Source of the DNA: a bacterium
GTDB lineage: Bacteria; UBA8248
Assembly (NCBI GenBank): GCA_965204535.1
Contig: CBDBEV010000001.1
Span: 1,728,001 to 1,792,000 of the forward strand
Reading direction: 5' to 3'
Length of the DNA: 64,000 nucleotides
The notes beneath the pieces are model-generated. The model saw only the letters and a program-made list of their open reading frames with translations, had not been told where the DNA came from and did no database searches. Of the stretch, positions 8,471 through 18,541 are shown piece after piece; the first letter of the stretch is position 1, and each line of letters opens with the position of its first letter. The translations under genes and the position numbers were made by a program.

Positions 8471-11400
8471 ATGAGGACCCTGAAACCGTTATTTTTCTTT
8501 TGGCTCGCCCTGACCCTGGCCGGCGCATTGGCCGCCGCGCCCCCCGTCTTCGCGCAGGATAGCTGCCCGCTCCCGGCGGGCGTCACGGCGAATCCGCTCG
8601 CCACCCCGAGCGTCACGGCCGCTCATGTGGAGGCGGATTCCAACCGACTGACGGACTTCGCCCTGGCGGCGAGAGATTATATGGAAAGCGTCCGGCCCCC
8701 GGGCGAATTGGCGCACAACGCTTGCATCATTCGCCAGGAGGGCCCCTGGAAGTCCGGCGGCACCTACCTCGTCACCGTCTCCCTCGATGGAAGGGTGTTC
8801 TTCCACTCGGCCAGGGCGGCGTTGGGCGGCAAGCCGCTCAGCAATGCAGTTCGTCTAGCCATTTATCGCGCGCTGGGAATCACCTCCACTGCACCTGCCG
8901 GCATCCGCGCCGCCTTGGTCAATGTGGCCGAAACAGGGAGCTTCCCGAACGCGGATGGGGGCGCTCTGCAGGGAGTTGGCGGCTACGCCGTCGGGTTCAG
9001 GCGCACCGGGGGGAATCCGCTCATACTGGTCGCCGGACTCGATATCGGGGAAGCTCACCTCGGCACGGAAACCGTCGATCCCGGCGACCCCGACGTACGG
9101 GCCGACGAGGTGGTGGACCGCGCTACGCTCAAGGCCTTCGTGGAGGGAGCGACGCAGTACGTCATCGACCGCTACCGGTCGGAAGGCCGCAGCGCTTTTA
9201 CACAAATAAAGAGCGTCTTGAGGGACCCGAGCGGCCCCTGGAGGCACGGCCCCACCTATCTCTTCATCATGGAGCCCACCGGCTACACGATCTTTCACGG
9301 TGCGTTCCCGGACAGGTTCGAGTTCCAGACGCCGACCAATACCCTGAGAGAGCAGCTGCCGTCGGGTGAACCGGGTGACCTTATTCTGCCGAAGATCATC
9401 CGGACCGCGAGAAGCAATCCCGCCGGCGACTTCGTGGAGTATTATTTCGACAACCCGGACGACCCGAACGACGACTTCAACACCCTCAAGGTGAGCTTCG
9501 TGCGCCAGCACGTCTTCCAGGCCAGGAGGGCGGACGGGACCACGTTCGAATACCCGCTCATCTTCGGCGCAGGCATCTACGGAGAAGGGACGGGCGGGAT
9601 GACGCAGGCCTGCCCGCTCCCGGCGGGCGTCACGGCGAATCCGCTCGCCACCCCGAGCATTACGGCGGAACAGGTGGAGGCGGGCTCCGCCGATTTGAGC
9701 GATTTCGCCCTGGCGGCGAAGCGATACATGGAGAGCGTCGAGAGAGGGCCGGAACTGGCGCACAACGCCTGCGTCGTCAGGCAGGATGGACCCTGGAAGT
9801 CCGGCGACACCTATCTCGTCACGATAAATACCGAGGGAAGGGTGTTCTTTCACGCGGCGAAGGCGGCTTTGGGCGGCAGGCCGCTCAAGCGTCCCATCTG
9901 GCAGGCGATCGCCGCCGCGACGGGCGCTGCCGCATTGCGCACGACAGGCGCCTTCGGGAACCCGAACGGCGGCGCATTACCGGCGCAAATCGGCGGCTAC
10001 GCCATCGGGTTCCAACGCGAAGGAGGAAGCCCGCTCATCCTCGTCGCCGGTCTCGATATCGGGGAAGCTCACCTTGATACGGAGACCATCGACCCAGGCG
10101 ACCCGACAGTGCGGGCCGACGAGGTGGTGGACCGCGCAACGCTCAGGACCTTCGTGAACGAAGCGACGGATTACGTCCTGAGCACTTTCCGCTCAGAAGG
10201 CCGCGCCGCGTTCAACAAGGTAAAGAGCGTCTTGCGGGATCCGAACGGACCCTGGAGGCACGGCCCCGTCTATCTCTTCATCATGGAGCGCACCGGCTAC
10301 ACGATCTTTCACGGCGCGTTCCCCGACAGATTCGAATTCCGGAGGCCCACGGACACCCTGAGAGACGAAGTCACCGGACGACTCATTCTGCCGCAGATCA
10401 TCCGGACAGCGACAAGCAGCGAGGACGGCGGTTTTGTCCAGTATTATTTCGACAACCCGGATGACCCGAACGACGATTTCAACACACTCAAGGTGACCTA
10501 CGCGCGCCAGCACGTCTTTAGCAGCACGCTGGCGGACGGGACCACGTTCGAATACCCGCTCATCTTCGGCGCCGGCATCTACGGGGAAGAGGGCGCGGTG
10601 TCGGAGCGGAGCGTGGCGGCGACGAGGGGCTGGCTCGCGCGCTTCGGCCGCGCGGTGGGAAGCCGGGCGGTGGAGATGATATCGAGCCGCCTGAACGCGC
10701 CCGCTCCGAGCGGGGCGAAGATGACGCTGGGCGGCCAGACGGTGAAGCTGGATGCGGATCCGGAGCGCTACCTGACGAGAGAAGGCGCGGGCTTCGGGTT
10801 CGCCTCGCTCGCGCATGATGGAATCGGCGCCCGCGGCCTCTCGCGCCCGATACTCACGAACCGGCCGGCCAATGGGGAGGAGGATTCCCCGGGGGCCTAC
10901 CGCGAGATGACGATGAGCCAGCTACTCTCGGGCGCTTCGTTCCACTTGGCTTCAGCTAAGGAGGCCGCGGAGGCGGCGGGCAGCCGATGGTCGATCTGGG
11001 GCCGCGGCGCGCGGACGAGCTTCGAAGGCGGAGGGGAAGCTGCCATCGAAGGCGACGTGACGACGGCCATGCTGGGCGTGGACTACGAGAAGGGCAAGTT
11101 CCTCGCGGGCGTGGCGCTCTCGCGCGCCAGCGGCGACGGCGGCTTCAAGAACGGGGGCCGGAGCGAGCTTGAGGCGACGCTCACGAGCGTGCACCCCTAC
11201 CTTCGCTATGAGGCGAGCGAGCGGCTCTCGTTGTGGGGAGTCCTGGGCATGGGCCAGGGCGAGATGACGCTCGATGAGAGTGATCAGAAGCACGAAACCG
11301 ACATCGAGATGCGCATGGGCGCGTTCGGGGTTCGCGGCGCGCTCACGAAGGTGGGCGGGTTCGACCTGGCGGTGAAGTCCGACGTCCTCCTCACGCAGAT

Positions 11401-12061
11401 GGACTCGGACGCGAAAGACGGGCTCGAATCCATCTCGGCGGAGTCGAGCCGCCTGCGGGTGATGCTGGAAGCCTCGCGCAAGGTCGCCATGGAAGGCGGC
11501 GGGACGTTCCGGCCTTCGGTGGAGGCGGGGCTGCGCCACGACGGCGGCGACGTGGACGAGGGGCTGGGCGTGGAGGTGGGCGGCAGACTGCGCTTCACGA
11601 GCCCCTCCATGGGCCTGACGTTCGAGCTGAATGCGCGGGGACTCGTCACGCACGAGGAAAAAGACGTGGCCGACTGGGGCGTGGGCGGCATGATCCGCAT
11701 CGCCCCCGGCAAGGAGGGCCGCGGTCTCGCCCTCACGGTGCGGCCCGAAGTGGGTGAGACGGCGGGCGGCGCGGCGCGCCTGTGGGGTATCAAGGACGCC
11801 TCGCGTCTGGCGCGGGAGGAAATCGAGGACCTGGACCCCCGCGTGCGCGCGGAGGTGGGCTATGGGCTGGACGCCTGGGGCGGTCTGCTGACGCCCTACG
11901 CCGGCCTCTCGGTGTCGGATAGCGGAAACGGGGCCTACCGCCTGGGCGGCCGCTTCAGGATGGGCGAGCGCCTGAGCATGAGCCTGGAGGGCGACGTGCG
12001 CGAGCGCGTTAACGCCGACCCCGTCCACGGCGTGGCCCTTCGCGGTACGATGCGCTGGTAA
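8471..12061 (+). CDS. autotransporter (type Va) with a duplicated Cache-like passenger
   Basis: GGAG SD and signal peptide (MRTLKPL...AQD); two ~345 aa repeats starting CPLPAGVTANPLATPS; C-terminal barrel with WLARFGR linker, WSIWGRG, HPYLRY and terminal W. Confidence 0.8.
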   Translation: MRTLKPLFFFWLALTLAGALAAAPPVFAQDSCPLPAGVTANPLATPSVTAAHVEADSNRLTDFALAARDYMESVRPPGELAHNACIIRQEGPWKSGGTYLVTVSLDGRVFFHSARAALGGKPLSNAVRLAIYRALGITSTAPAGIRAALVNVAETGSFPNADGGALQGVGGYAVGFRRTGGNPLILVAGLDIGEAHLGTETVDPGDPDVRADEVVDRATLKAFVEGATQYVIDRYRSEGRSAFTQIKSVLRDPSGPWRHGPTYLFIMEPTGYTIFHGAFPDRFEFQTPTNTLREQLPSGEPGDLILPKIIRTARSNPAGDFVEYYFDNPDDPNDDFNTLKVSFVRQHVFQARRADGTTFEYPLIFGAGIYGEGTGGMTQACPLPAGVTANPLATPSITAEQVEAGSADLSDFALAAKRYMESVERGPELAHNACVVRQDGPWKSGDTYLVTINTEGRVFFHAAKAALGGRPLKRPIWQAIAAATGAAALRTTGAFGNPNGGALPAQIGGYAIGFQREGGSPLILVAGLDIGEAHLDTETIDPGDPTVRADEVVDRATLRTFVNEATDYVLSTFRSEGRAAFNKVKSVLRDPNGPWRHGPVYLFIMERTGYTIFHGAFPDRFEFRRPTDTLRDEVTGRLILPQIIRTATSSEDGGFVQYYFDNPDDPNDDFNTLKVTYARQHVFSSTLADGTTFEYPLIFGAGIYGEEGAVSERSVAATRGWLARFGRAVGSRAVEMISSRLNAPAPSGAKMTLGGQTVKLDADPERYLTREGAGFGFASLAHDGIGARGLSRPILTNRPANGEEDSPGAYREMTMSQLLSGASFHLASAKEAAEAAGSRWSIWGRGARTSFEGGGEAAIEGDVTTAMLGVDYEKGKFLAGVALSRASGDGGFKNGGRSELEATLTSVHPYLRYEASERLSLWGVLGMGQGEMTLDESDQKHETDIEMRMGAFGVRGALTKVGGFDLAVKSDVLLTQMDSDAKDGLESISAESSRLRVMLEASRKVAMEGGGTFRPSVEAGLRHDGGDVDEGLGVEVGGRLRFTSPSMGLTFELNARGLVTHEEKDVADWGVGGMIRIAPGKEGRGLALTVRPEVGETAGGAARLWGIKDASRLAREEIEDLDPRVRAEVGYGLDAWGGLLTPYAGLSVSDSGNGAYRLGGRFRMGERLSMSLEGDVRERVNADPVHGVALRGTMRW

Positions 12062-12080
12062 TATAGAAGGAGAATCACCA

Positions 12081-12118
12081 AGGGGCGGCCCCTGTCCGGG
12101 GCCGCCCCTGTTTGTTTT
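12081..12118 (+). terminator. intrinsic terminator after the autotransporter
   Basis: AGGGGCGGCCCC-TGTCC-GGGGCCGCCCCT followed by a T-rich tail. Confidence 0.75.
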
Positions 12119-12159
12119 CCGGCGGAGGGATTTCGTAGAAGCAATCCCGACCAAAGAGG

Positions 12160-12640
12160 GGATTGTTAAAAAAGCCTTTGCCGAAGGAGCAACCCCCCTA
12201 TCCCCCTTATCGGGCTTGTTGAAAAACACCCTGATCGGGCAATGGCAACCCCCTTGAAAGCGAAATCCCATAACGTCAACCCCCCCTACCCCCCCTTGTC
12301 AGGGGTCAAAACCGACTGAAGAGGGAGGTTTTGCAAGACGATGTGTTTCTCGTCAATGGCTTATGCAAACGCTCGTTCACCACTCGCGTTTGACCCCTGA
12401 CAAGGGGGATAGGGGGGATTGGTTTTCAAGTCGAGGGCGAGCGGATGGTATGGCGGATTACACGGCGGTTCCCCTTTCCACCACGCAGGCGGCCACAAAA
12501 CCTCATCCCGAGTAGGCGCGCAGGTCAAACGCGACTGATGAGGGGTTGTTGAAAAACCCCTGCCTGCGACCCTCGTAAACCGCCAACGCCTCTTTCCTCA
12601 CCCTGAGTAGCCGCCGAAGGCGGCGTATCGAAGGGCGAGG
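12160..12640. repeat. cluster of palindromic repeats (CCCCCCTACCCCCCTTGTCAGGGG family and CTCAYCCTGAGTAGC..CGTATCGAAGG family)
   Basis: Copies near 12280, 12393 and 12596; the same motifs recur at 25.1-25.3, 54.4-54.5, 57.2-57.3 and 59.4-59.7 kb. Confidence 0.75.
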
Positions 12641-12660
12641 AAAGTCGAACGCCTCGCGCC

Positions 12661-12725
12661 GTGCGGCGCATCGCCTCCGCATCCGCCGCGTTGTTCTTGT
12701 GGCGCTTGCCGAAGGGCTTCACGGC
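12661..12725 (-). pseudogene. tiny IS110-family transposase remnant
   Basis: VKPFGKRHKNNAADAEA resembles the IS110 motif VKPFVKRxKNDAADAEAI. Confidence 0.6.
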
Positions 12726-12899
12726 TTGCCGGGGCGTCGGTGTCTCTGCGTGGCGCCGACGTACATCCGCCGCGGAGCAGTTCGTTTACGGATGTGATAA
12801 GCTGTTCCTCGCCGTTCGCTCATCAGCCGGCCGGATTCGCCCCCGGCGCCGGAAGGCAAACGCCCGGAATGCGCCGCCGCGTTTTGGAGGCGAAGTCGC

Positions 12900-14549
12900 T
12901 TGCCTGAAATCGAGTATCTCTGGGATATCATCATCGTACTCGGCTCGGCGGTCGTGGTCGCAACGCTGTTGCGCCGCCTGGGGGTCCCGTCGATCGCCGG
13001 ATTCATCCTCGCTGGCGCCCTGGCCGGACCCACGGCATTGAGTCTCGTGGACGATACCCATCAGGTCGAGGTGTTGGCCGAAATCGGCATCGTCCTCCTT
13101 CTCTTCGGAATCGGCCTGGAACTCTCACTCGAACATCTGCGGCGCCTTTGGAAAGTCATCCTTCTGGGCGGGAGCATTCAAGTGGCGGCCACGGTCGCAT
13201 GCGCCGCAGCCCTGGCCAACTGGTTCGGACTCGCAACGGGCTCTGCGGTGTTTCTGGGCTGCGTGGTCGCCGTATCGAGCACCGCCGTCGTTTTGCGAGG
13301 CCTTTCCTCGCGGGGCGAACTGGATGCGCCGCACGGTCGTCTGGCCGTCGGCATACTTCTCTTCCAGGACTTGTGCGTGGTTCCCATGCTCCTGGCGGTG
13401 CCCGTTCTGGCCGGACAAGAGAGTTCGGCGCGGGAAATCGCGCTCGCGGCCGCGACCGGTCTCGCCATCCTGGCGGGCGTTCTGGTTGCGGCCGGGCGCA
13501 TCATTCCGTACCTGCTCTCATTCGTGGCCGAGACGAAAGAGAGGGAACTCTTCGTTCTGGCCGTCTTTCTGGTGTGCTTCGGCATCACATGGAGCCTCTC
13601 GCAGGCGGGGATATCGCTGGCCCTCGGGGCGTTCCTGGCGGGCCTGATCGTCGCCGGAAGCGAGTTCCGCCACCAGGCGACGTCGGATCTGATCCCCGTG
13701 CGGGAAGTATTCGCCGGCGTATTCTTCGTTTCCGTCGGCATGCTGCTGGACGTCTCGGACGTGTTCGAGCACCTGGCGTCGACGCTCGGGCTTCTCGGCC
13801 TCATCCTCGCCGGTAAATTCGCGATCATGCTCGCAACGGGATTGGTTCTGCGTCTGCCGCTTCGCGTGGCCATCCTCTCGGCGGCGACTTTGTGTCAAAT
13901 CGGCGAGTTCTCGTTCGTGCTCCTGAAAGCCGCTTCGGGAACCGGCCTCCTGGAAGCGGGCCTGTCCCACAATCTGCTGGTAGCCATTATCCTGTCCATG
14001 CTGCTCACGCCGATGGTTATCGCATTCGGCCCCCACCTGGCTCTCGGCGCGGGCCGGGTCGCCTGGCTGAACCGGATACTGGATGCGGAACCTCCCGGAA
14101 TCGACGCTCACGAACCGCATAGCGACCACGTCATCGTCGCCGGATACGGCCGGGCGGGCCGGGAAATTTGCCAGGCCGCGCGGGACGCGGGGTTCGCCTG
14201 CATCGCGGTCGACGTGAACGTCGACAACGTCCGCACGGCGAAAGCGGCCGGAGACAAGGCCGTGTTCGGAGACGCCACCCGGAAGGAAGTGCTGGAGGAG
14301 CTCGGCTGCCGGTATGCCCGTCTCGTGGTGGTGTCCATCAACGACACCCGGGCCACCGAGCTTGCCGTCGCTGCGATTCGCCGGACGGCGCCCGACACGC
14401 CCGTCATCGCGCGAGCTCTCTACGACATCGACGAGAACGCGTTGCGGGCCGCCGGCGCCACGAGGATCATCACGGCGGAAGCCACGACGAGCGCCGCGCT
14501 GGTCGGCGCATGTCTCGCGGAACTCGGTTCGAGGAGCAAGGAAGACTAG
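12900..14549 (+). CDS. CPA2/Kef-type cation:proton antiporter with TrkA-N (KTN) domain
   Basis: GIVLLLFGIGLELS, SSTAVV, LFQDL, QIGEFSF; C-terminal VIVAGYGRAG and GDAT. Confidence 0.92.
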   Translation: MPEIEYLWDIIIVLGSAVVVATLLRRLGVPSIAGFILAGALAGPTALSLVDDTHQVEVLAEIGIVLLLFGIGLELSLEHLRRLWKVILLGGSIQVAATVACAAALANWFGLATGSAVFLGCVVAVSSTAVVLRGLSSRGELDAPHGRLAVGILLFQDLCVVPMLLAVPVLAGQESSAREIALAAATGLAILAGVLVAAGRIIPYLLSFVAETKERELFVLAVFLVCFGITWSLSQAGISLALGAFLAGLIVAGSEFRHQATSDLIPVREVFAGVFFVSVGMLLDVSDVFEHLASTLGLLGLILAGKFAIMLATGLVLRLPLRVAILSAATLCQIGEFSFVLLKAASGTGLLEAGLSHNLLVAIILSMLLTPMVIAFGPHLALGAGRVAWLNRILDAEPPGIDAHEPHSDHVIVAGYGRAGREICQAARDAGFACIAVDVNVDNVRTAKAAGDKAVFGDATRKEVLEELGCRYARLVVVSINDTRATELAVAAIRRTAPDTPVIARALYDIDENALRAAGATRIITAEATTSAALVGACLAELGSRSKED

Positions 14550-14766
14550 GCCGTATCCAACGGCTTCCCGCCGGTCGAGAACGCCTTCGGCGAACTCTCT
14601 TGAGGGTCGGAGCGTACCGAGGAGGGGCCGCCCCCACAAAACTCTTTCCTGCAGGCCGAACGCCACTTTCTTGTTGCAATTCCCCGCCCCGCCTTCTAGG
14701 ATATTTCCCGCTCGGGCACATCCGCGACTCGAACCCGTCACTTACCAAAAACGCGAGGATACAGGC

Positions 14767-16464
14767 GTGAAAACCACCTTCACACTCATCATAGCCATCA
14801 TCACTTTTTTCACCGCGCAGGCGGCGCACGCCGCGCGCGGGGCCGACGGGCATCTGCGCATCATCTACTGGCAGGCGCCCTCCACCATGAACCCCTACCT
14901 CTCGGGCGGCACCAAGGAGATAGAGGCCGCATCGCTGGTTCTGGAGCCCCTTGCGCGCTACGACCAGAACGGGAACATGACGCCCTGGCTCGCCGAACGG
15001 GTTCCCACGCTGGAAAACGGCGGCGTGTCGAAGGATTTGCGCACCATCACCTGGAAGCTCAAAAGCGTCCTCAAGTGGGCGGACGGAACGCCGCTCACCG
15101 CCAGGGACGTCGTCTTCACCTGGAAATACTGCACGCATCCCCAGGGGGGCTGTTCCCAGAGCGAGAAATACAACGACGTAAAAACAGTCGAGGCTCTCGA
15201 CGCGCGCACAGTGCGCGTGACCTTCGGCATCGCGAAACCCTTTCCCTACGGGCCGTTCGTCGGCGCGCAGGCCCCTATCATCCAGGCGGCGCAGTTCGCC
15301 GACTGCCTGGGGGCCAAGGCGCCGCGCTGCACCGACGCCAACTTCAAGCCCGTGGGCACGGGGCCCTTCGCCGTCGCTGAGTTCCGCCCGAACGACGTCA
15401 TCTCCTTCGTCGCCAACCGCAACTACCGCGACCCGGCCAAGCCGGCCTTCGCGCGGGTGACCTTCAAGGGCGGCGGCGACGCGGCGGCGGCGGCGCGTTC
15501 GGTCCTGGAGACCGGGGAGTTCGACTACGCCTGGAACCTGCAACTCGCCCCCGACGTGCTCGCGAACATGAAAAAGGCGGGCAAGGGCGTCGTCATCTCC
15601 TCGTTCGGCACGCTGGTCGAGCGCATCGTCGTGAACCTGACGAACCCGGCCCCCAAACTCGGGGAGGAGCGCTCCACCGCCAGGCATCCCCATCCTTTTC
15701 TCTCGGACCCCAGCGTGCGCAAGGCGCTCTCGATGGCGATCGACCGAAAGCTGCTCGTCGAGATCGGCTACGGCCCCGCCGGCAGGCCGACGTGCAACAT
15801 CCTTCCCGCGCCCGCCATCTACAAATCCACGGCCAACGACGCGTGCCTCAAGCAGGACATCCCCGGCGCCAACAAGCTGCTCGACAAGGCGGGCTGGAAG
15901 CGAGGGCCGGGCGGCGTGCGCACCAAGAACGGGGTCAAGCTCTCGATCCTCTACCAGACCTCCACCAACGCCGTGCGCCAGGATTTCCAGGCGCTGATAA
16001 AACAATGGTGGTCCAAGATCGGGGTCGAGACCGAGCTTCGCAACATCAGCGCCTCGGTGTTTTTCGGCGGCGACCCGGCGAGCGGCGACACCTTCCAGAA
16101 GTTCCAGGCCGACGTGCAGATGTACGCCAACAACTTCGACGGCACGGACCCGGAATCCTACATGGCGAACTGGGCGTGCAAGGAGGCCCCGCGTCCCGAA
16201 ACGCAGTGGCAGGGCAACAACGTGCCGCGCTTCTGCGACCCCGCCTACGACGCGCTCATCGCCAAAATGGCGCGCGCCGGCGCGCTCAAGGAACGGGCCC
16301 GCCTCGCCAGGGCCATGAACGACATGGTGGTGCAGGCCTACGCGATCATCCCGCTGGTCGACCGAGGGCGCGTATCGGCCCACGCCAAAACGCTGGGCGG
16401 CGTGGTTCTGAACACCTGGGATTCGGAGCTTTGGAACATCGCCGACTGGCGCCGCGTCAAATAG
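14767..16464 (+). CDS. peptide ABC transporter substrate-binding protein (family 5)
   Basis: GTG start after GAGG; KWADGTPLTARDVVFTW, PVGTGPF, VRKALSMAIDR. Confidence 0.92.
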   Translation: MKTTFTLIIAIITFFTAQAAHAARGADGHLRIIYWQAPSTMNPYLSGGTKEIEAASLVLEPLARYDQNGNMTPWLAERVPTLENGGVSKDLRTITWKLKSVLKWADGTPLTARDVVFTWKYCTHPQGGCSQSEKYNDVKTVEALDARTVRVTFGIAKPFPYGPFVGAQAPIIQAAQFADCLGAKAPRCTDANFKPVGTGPFAVAEFRPNDVISFVANRNYRDPAKPAFARVTFKGGGDAAAAARSVLETGEFDYAWNLQLAPDVLANMKKAGKGVVISSFGTLVERIVVNLTNPAPKLGEERSTARHPHPFLSDPSVRKALSMAIDRKLLVEIGYGPAGRPTCNILPAPAIYKSTANDACLKQDIPGANKLLDKAGWKRGPGGVRTKNGVKLSILYQTSTNAVRQDFQALIKQWWSKIGVETELRNISASVFFGGDPASGDTFQKFQADVQMYANNFDGTDPESYMANWACKEAPRPETQWQGNNVPRFCDPAYDALIAKMARAGALKERARLARAMNDMVVQAYAIIPLVDRGRVSAHAKTLGGVVLNTWDSELWNIADWRRVK

Positions 16465-16502
16465 GCCCGCGCGCCGCTTAAGGGCCACCGAGGCTTGAGG
16501 CG

Positions 16503-17516
16503 ATGGGAACCTACACGCTGAGGCGGCTGCTCTTCGCCGTCCCCACGCTTCTCTTCATCAGCCTCGTCATATTCCTGCTCCTGGACCTCGCCCCCACCGA
16601 CCCCACGGCGAACCTCCCCCTCACGATTCCGCCCGAGGTGCGCCAGAAAATCCGCGAATCCTTAGGATTGGGCCAGCCCATCCACGTCCGCTACCTGCTG
16701 TGGTGCAAGCAGTTTTTCATCAACGAACCGCTGAACGTGCTCGACGCCCTGCTCGGCTACGCGGGCGATTCCGATCGGCTCCGCGTGCTGAGCTGGCAGA
16801 CGCGCTCCCCGGTCGTGGACTTGATCGTCGAGCGCCTGCCGCAGACCCTCTGGGTCGTGGGGCTCTCCTACGTCATCGGCGTCCTGATCGCGATACCCAT
16901 CGGCATCGTCTCCGCCTACCGGCAATACAGCTGGTTCGACCAGATCGGCACCTTCGTCTCCACCGTGGGGTTCTCGGTGCCGACGTTTTTCACCGGCGTG
17001 TTGCTGATCGTGGTGTTCTCCGTCGGCCTCGGCTGGTTCCCCTCCATCTACGACACCACGCACCGCGTGACGGACTGGGGCAGCTTTCTCGTCCAGGCGC
17101 GGCAGATGGCGATGCCCGTCTTCGTGCTCGCCCTCTACAACGCGGCGCAGATCGCCCGCTTCATGCGCGCCTCCATGCTCGAGAACCTGGGCCAAGACTA
17201 CGTGCGCACCGCGCGGGGCAAGGGTTTTCACGAACGAAGGATTCTCTTCGTCCACGTCCTGCGCAACTCGATGATCCCCGTCGTCACCATCATCGCGCTC
17301 GGCGTGCCGCAGGTGTTCGGCGGCGCGATCATCACCGAGCAGATATTCAAGGTGAACGGGCTGGGGCAGCTGCTCATCGTCGCCATTCAGGGGGGGGATC
17401 TCCCGACCGTGCAGACGCTCACCTTCATCTTCGCGGGGCTGATCGTGGCGTTCAACCTCGTCGCCGACGTCCTCTACGGGGTTCTGGACCCCACCATCCG
17501 CTATGACCAGCGCTAG
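16503..17516 (+). CDS. peptide ABC transporter permease (OppB/DppB type)
   Basis: DYVRTARGKG loop, ITEQIF, NLVADVLY. Confidence 0.92.
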   Translation: MGTYTLRRLLFAVPTLLFISLVIFLLLDLAPTDPTANLPLTIPPEVRQKIRESLGLGQPIHVRYLLWCKQFFINEPLNVLDALLGYAGDSDRLRVLSWQTRSPVVDLIVERLPQTLWVVGLSYVIGVLIAIPIGIVSAYRQYSWFDQIGTFVSTVGFSVPTFFTGVLLIVVFSVGLGWFPSIYDTTHRVTDWGSFLVQARQMAMPVFVLALYNAAQIARFMRASMLENLGQDYVRTARGKGFHERRILFVHVLRNSMIPVVTIIALGVPQVFGGAIITEQIFKVNGLGQLLIVAIQGGDLPTVQTLTFIFAGLIVAFNLVADVLYGVLDPTIRYDQR

Positions 17517-18375
17517 GCGCGGGGCATGGGCGCAGTTCCGCACCCACCGGGGAGCGGTGACAGGGGCGGGGATTCTGCTCCTCGCAGCCCTCGCCGTGGT
17601 GTTCGGCCCGCACCTGTGGAGCATCGACCCACACCTCATCGACATCCGCGCGCGCAATCAGGGAATCAGCCTCGCCCACCCTTTAGGCGCCGACCGCCTG
17701 GGCCGCGACACCCTGGCCCGCATGTTGGCGGGAGGCCGCGTCTCGCTCGCGGTGGCGGGCGCCGCCATGGGTCTGGCGCTTTCTCTGGGCGCGGTAATCG
17801 GTGTGGTCTCGGGCTACTTCAGGCGGCTCGACGGCCCGCTCATGCGGCTGACCGATCTCTTCCTCGCGCTGCCGCTCCTGCCCCTGCTGCTGGTGATCAT
17901 CGCGCTGTTCCGGGACGCCCTGCGCGCCGCCTTCGGCCCCGAGACCGGCATCTTCATCCTCATCGCCTCGGTCATCGGCCTGACCTCGTGGATGAAGACC
18001 GCCCGCATCGTGCGCGGCGAGGTGCTCGCTCTTAAGGAGCGCGAGTTCGTCCTCGCCTCGGGCGCGATGGGAGCGCCGGCGGGGCGCATCATCTTCCGCC
18101 ACATCCTGCCGGGCGTCGTCTCGCCCATCATGATATCGGCGGCCTTGGGCGTGGGCGACGCCATCATCACCGAATCGGCCCTCTCGTTCCTGGGGCTTGG
18201 CTTTCCGCCGGATTTCCCCACGTGGGGGAGGCTGCTCTACGACTCGACCGACTACCTCCAGCAATACCCCGGGCGCGTCCTCTGGCCCGGCCTCGCGATA
18301 TCGCTTACCGTGCTGAGCATCAACTACGTGGGAGACGGACTGCGCGACGCGCTCGACCCCCGGGCGCGGGGTTGA
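17503..18375 (+). CDS. peptide ABC transporter permease (OppC/DppC type)
   Basis: HPLGADRLGRD, ESALSFLGLG, GDGLRDALDPR. Confidence 0.92.
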   Translation: MTSARRGAWAQFRTHRGAVTGAGILLLAALAVVFGPHLWSIDPHLIDIRARNQGISLAHPLGADRLGRDTLARMLAGGRVSLAVAGAAMGLALSLGAVIGVVSGYFRRLDGPLMRLTDLFLALPLLPLLLVIIALFRDALRAAFGPETGIFILIASVIGLTSWMKTARIVRGEVLALKEREFVLASGAMGAPAGRIIFRHILPGVVSPIMISAALGVGDAIITESALSFLGLGFPPDFPTWGRLLYDSTDYLQQYPGRVLWPGLAISLTVLSINYVGDGLRDALDPRARG

Positions 18376-18541
18376 GCCCCGCCGTTATCGCGCGCTCTCT
18401 CTTGCGGGCCGAAACCCGCTTTCAAACTTGCGCGGAAGGGTGACCTCTGGCACGATTCGGTCTCGGCGGAACACTCTAAAAACATTTAGGCGCGCCGGCC
18501 CGGAGGCTCTCTCCGGCGGCCCTCGGAACAGGAACACCGAT

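Noticed and set aside
8563-10590. Autotransporter repeats as a DGR template/variable pair
   Set aside because: Both copies are in-frame coding and differences are not adenine-specific; an ordinary internal duplication.
14314-14766. N-terminal extension of the 716-aa ORF
   Set aside because: Overlaps the antiporter gene; the signal peptide and SD indicate a start at 14767.
14470-16488. Long antisense ORFs here and elsewhere (e.g. 41006-42472, 49374-50993, 61228-62505)
   Set aside because: Shadow frames of high-GC genes with no recognisable motifs.
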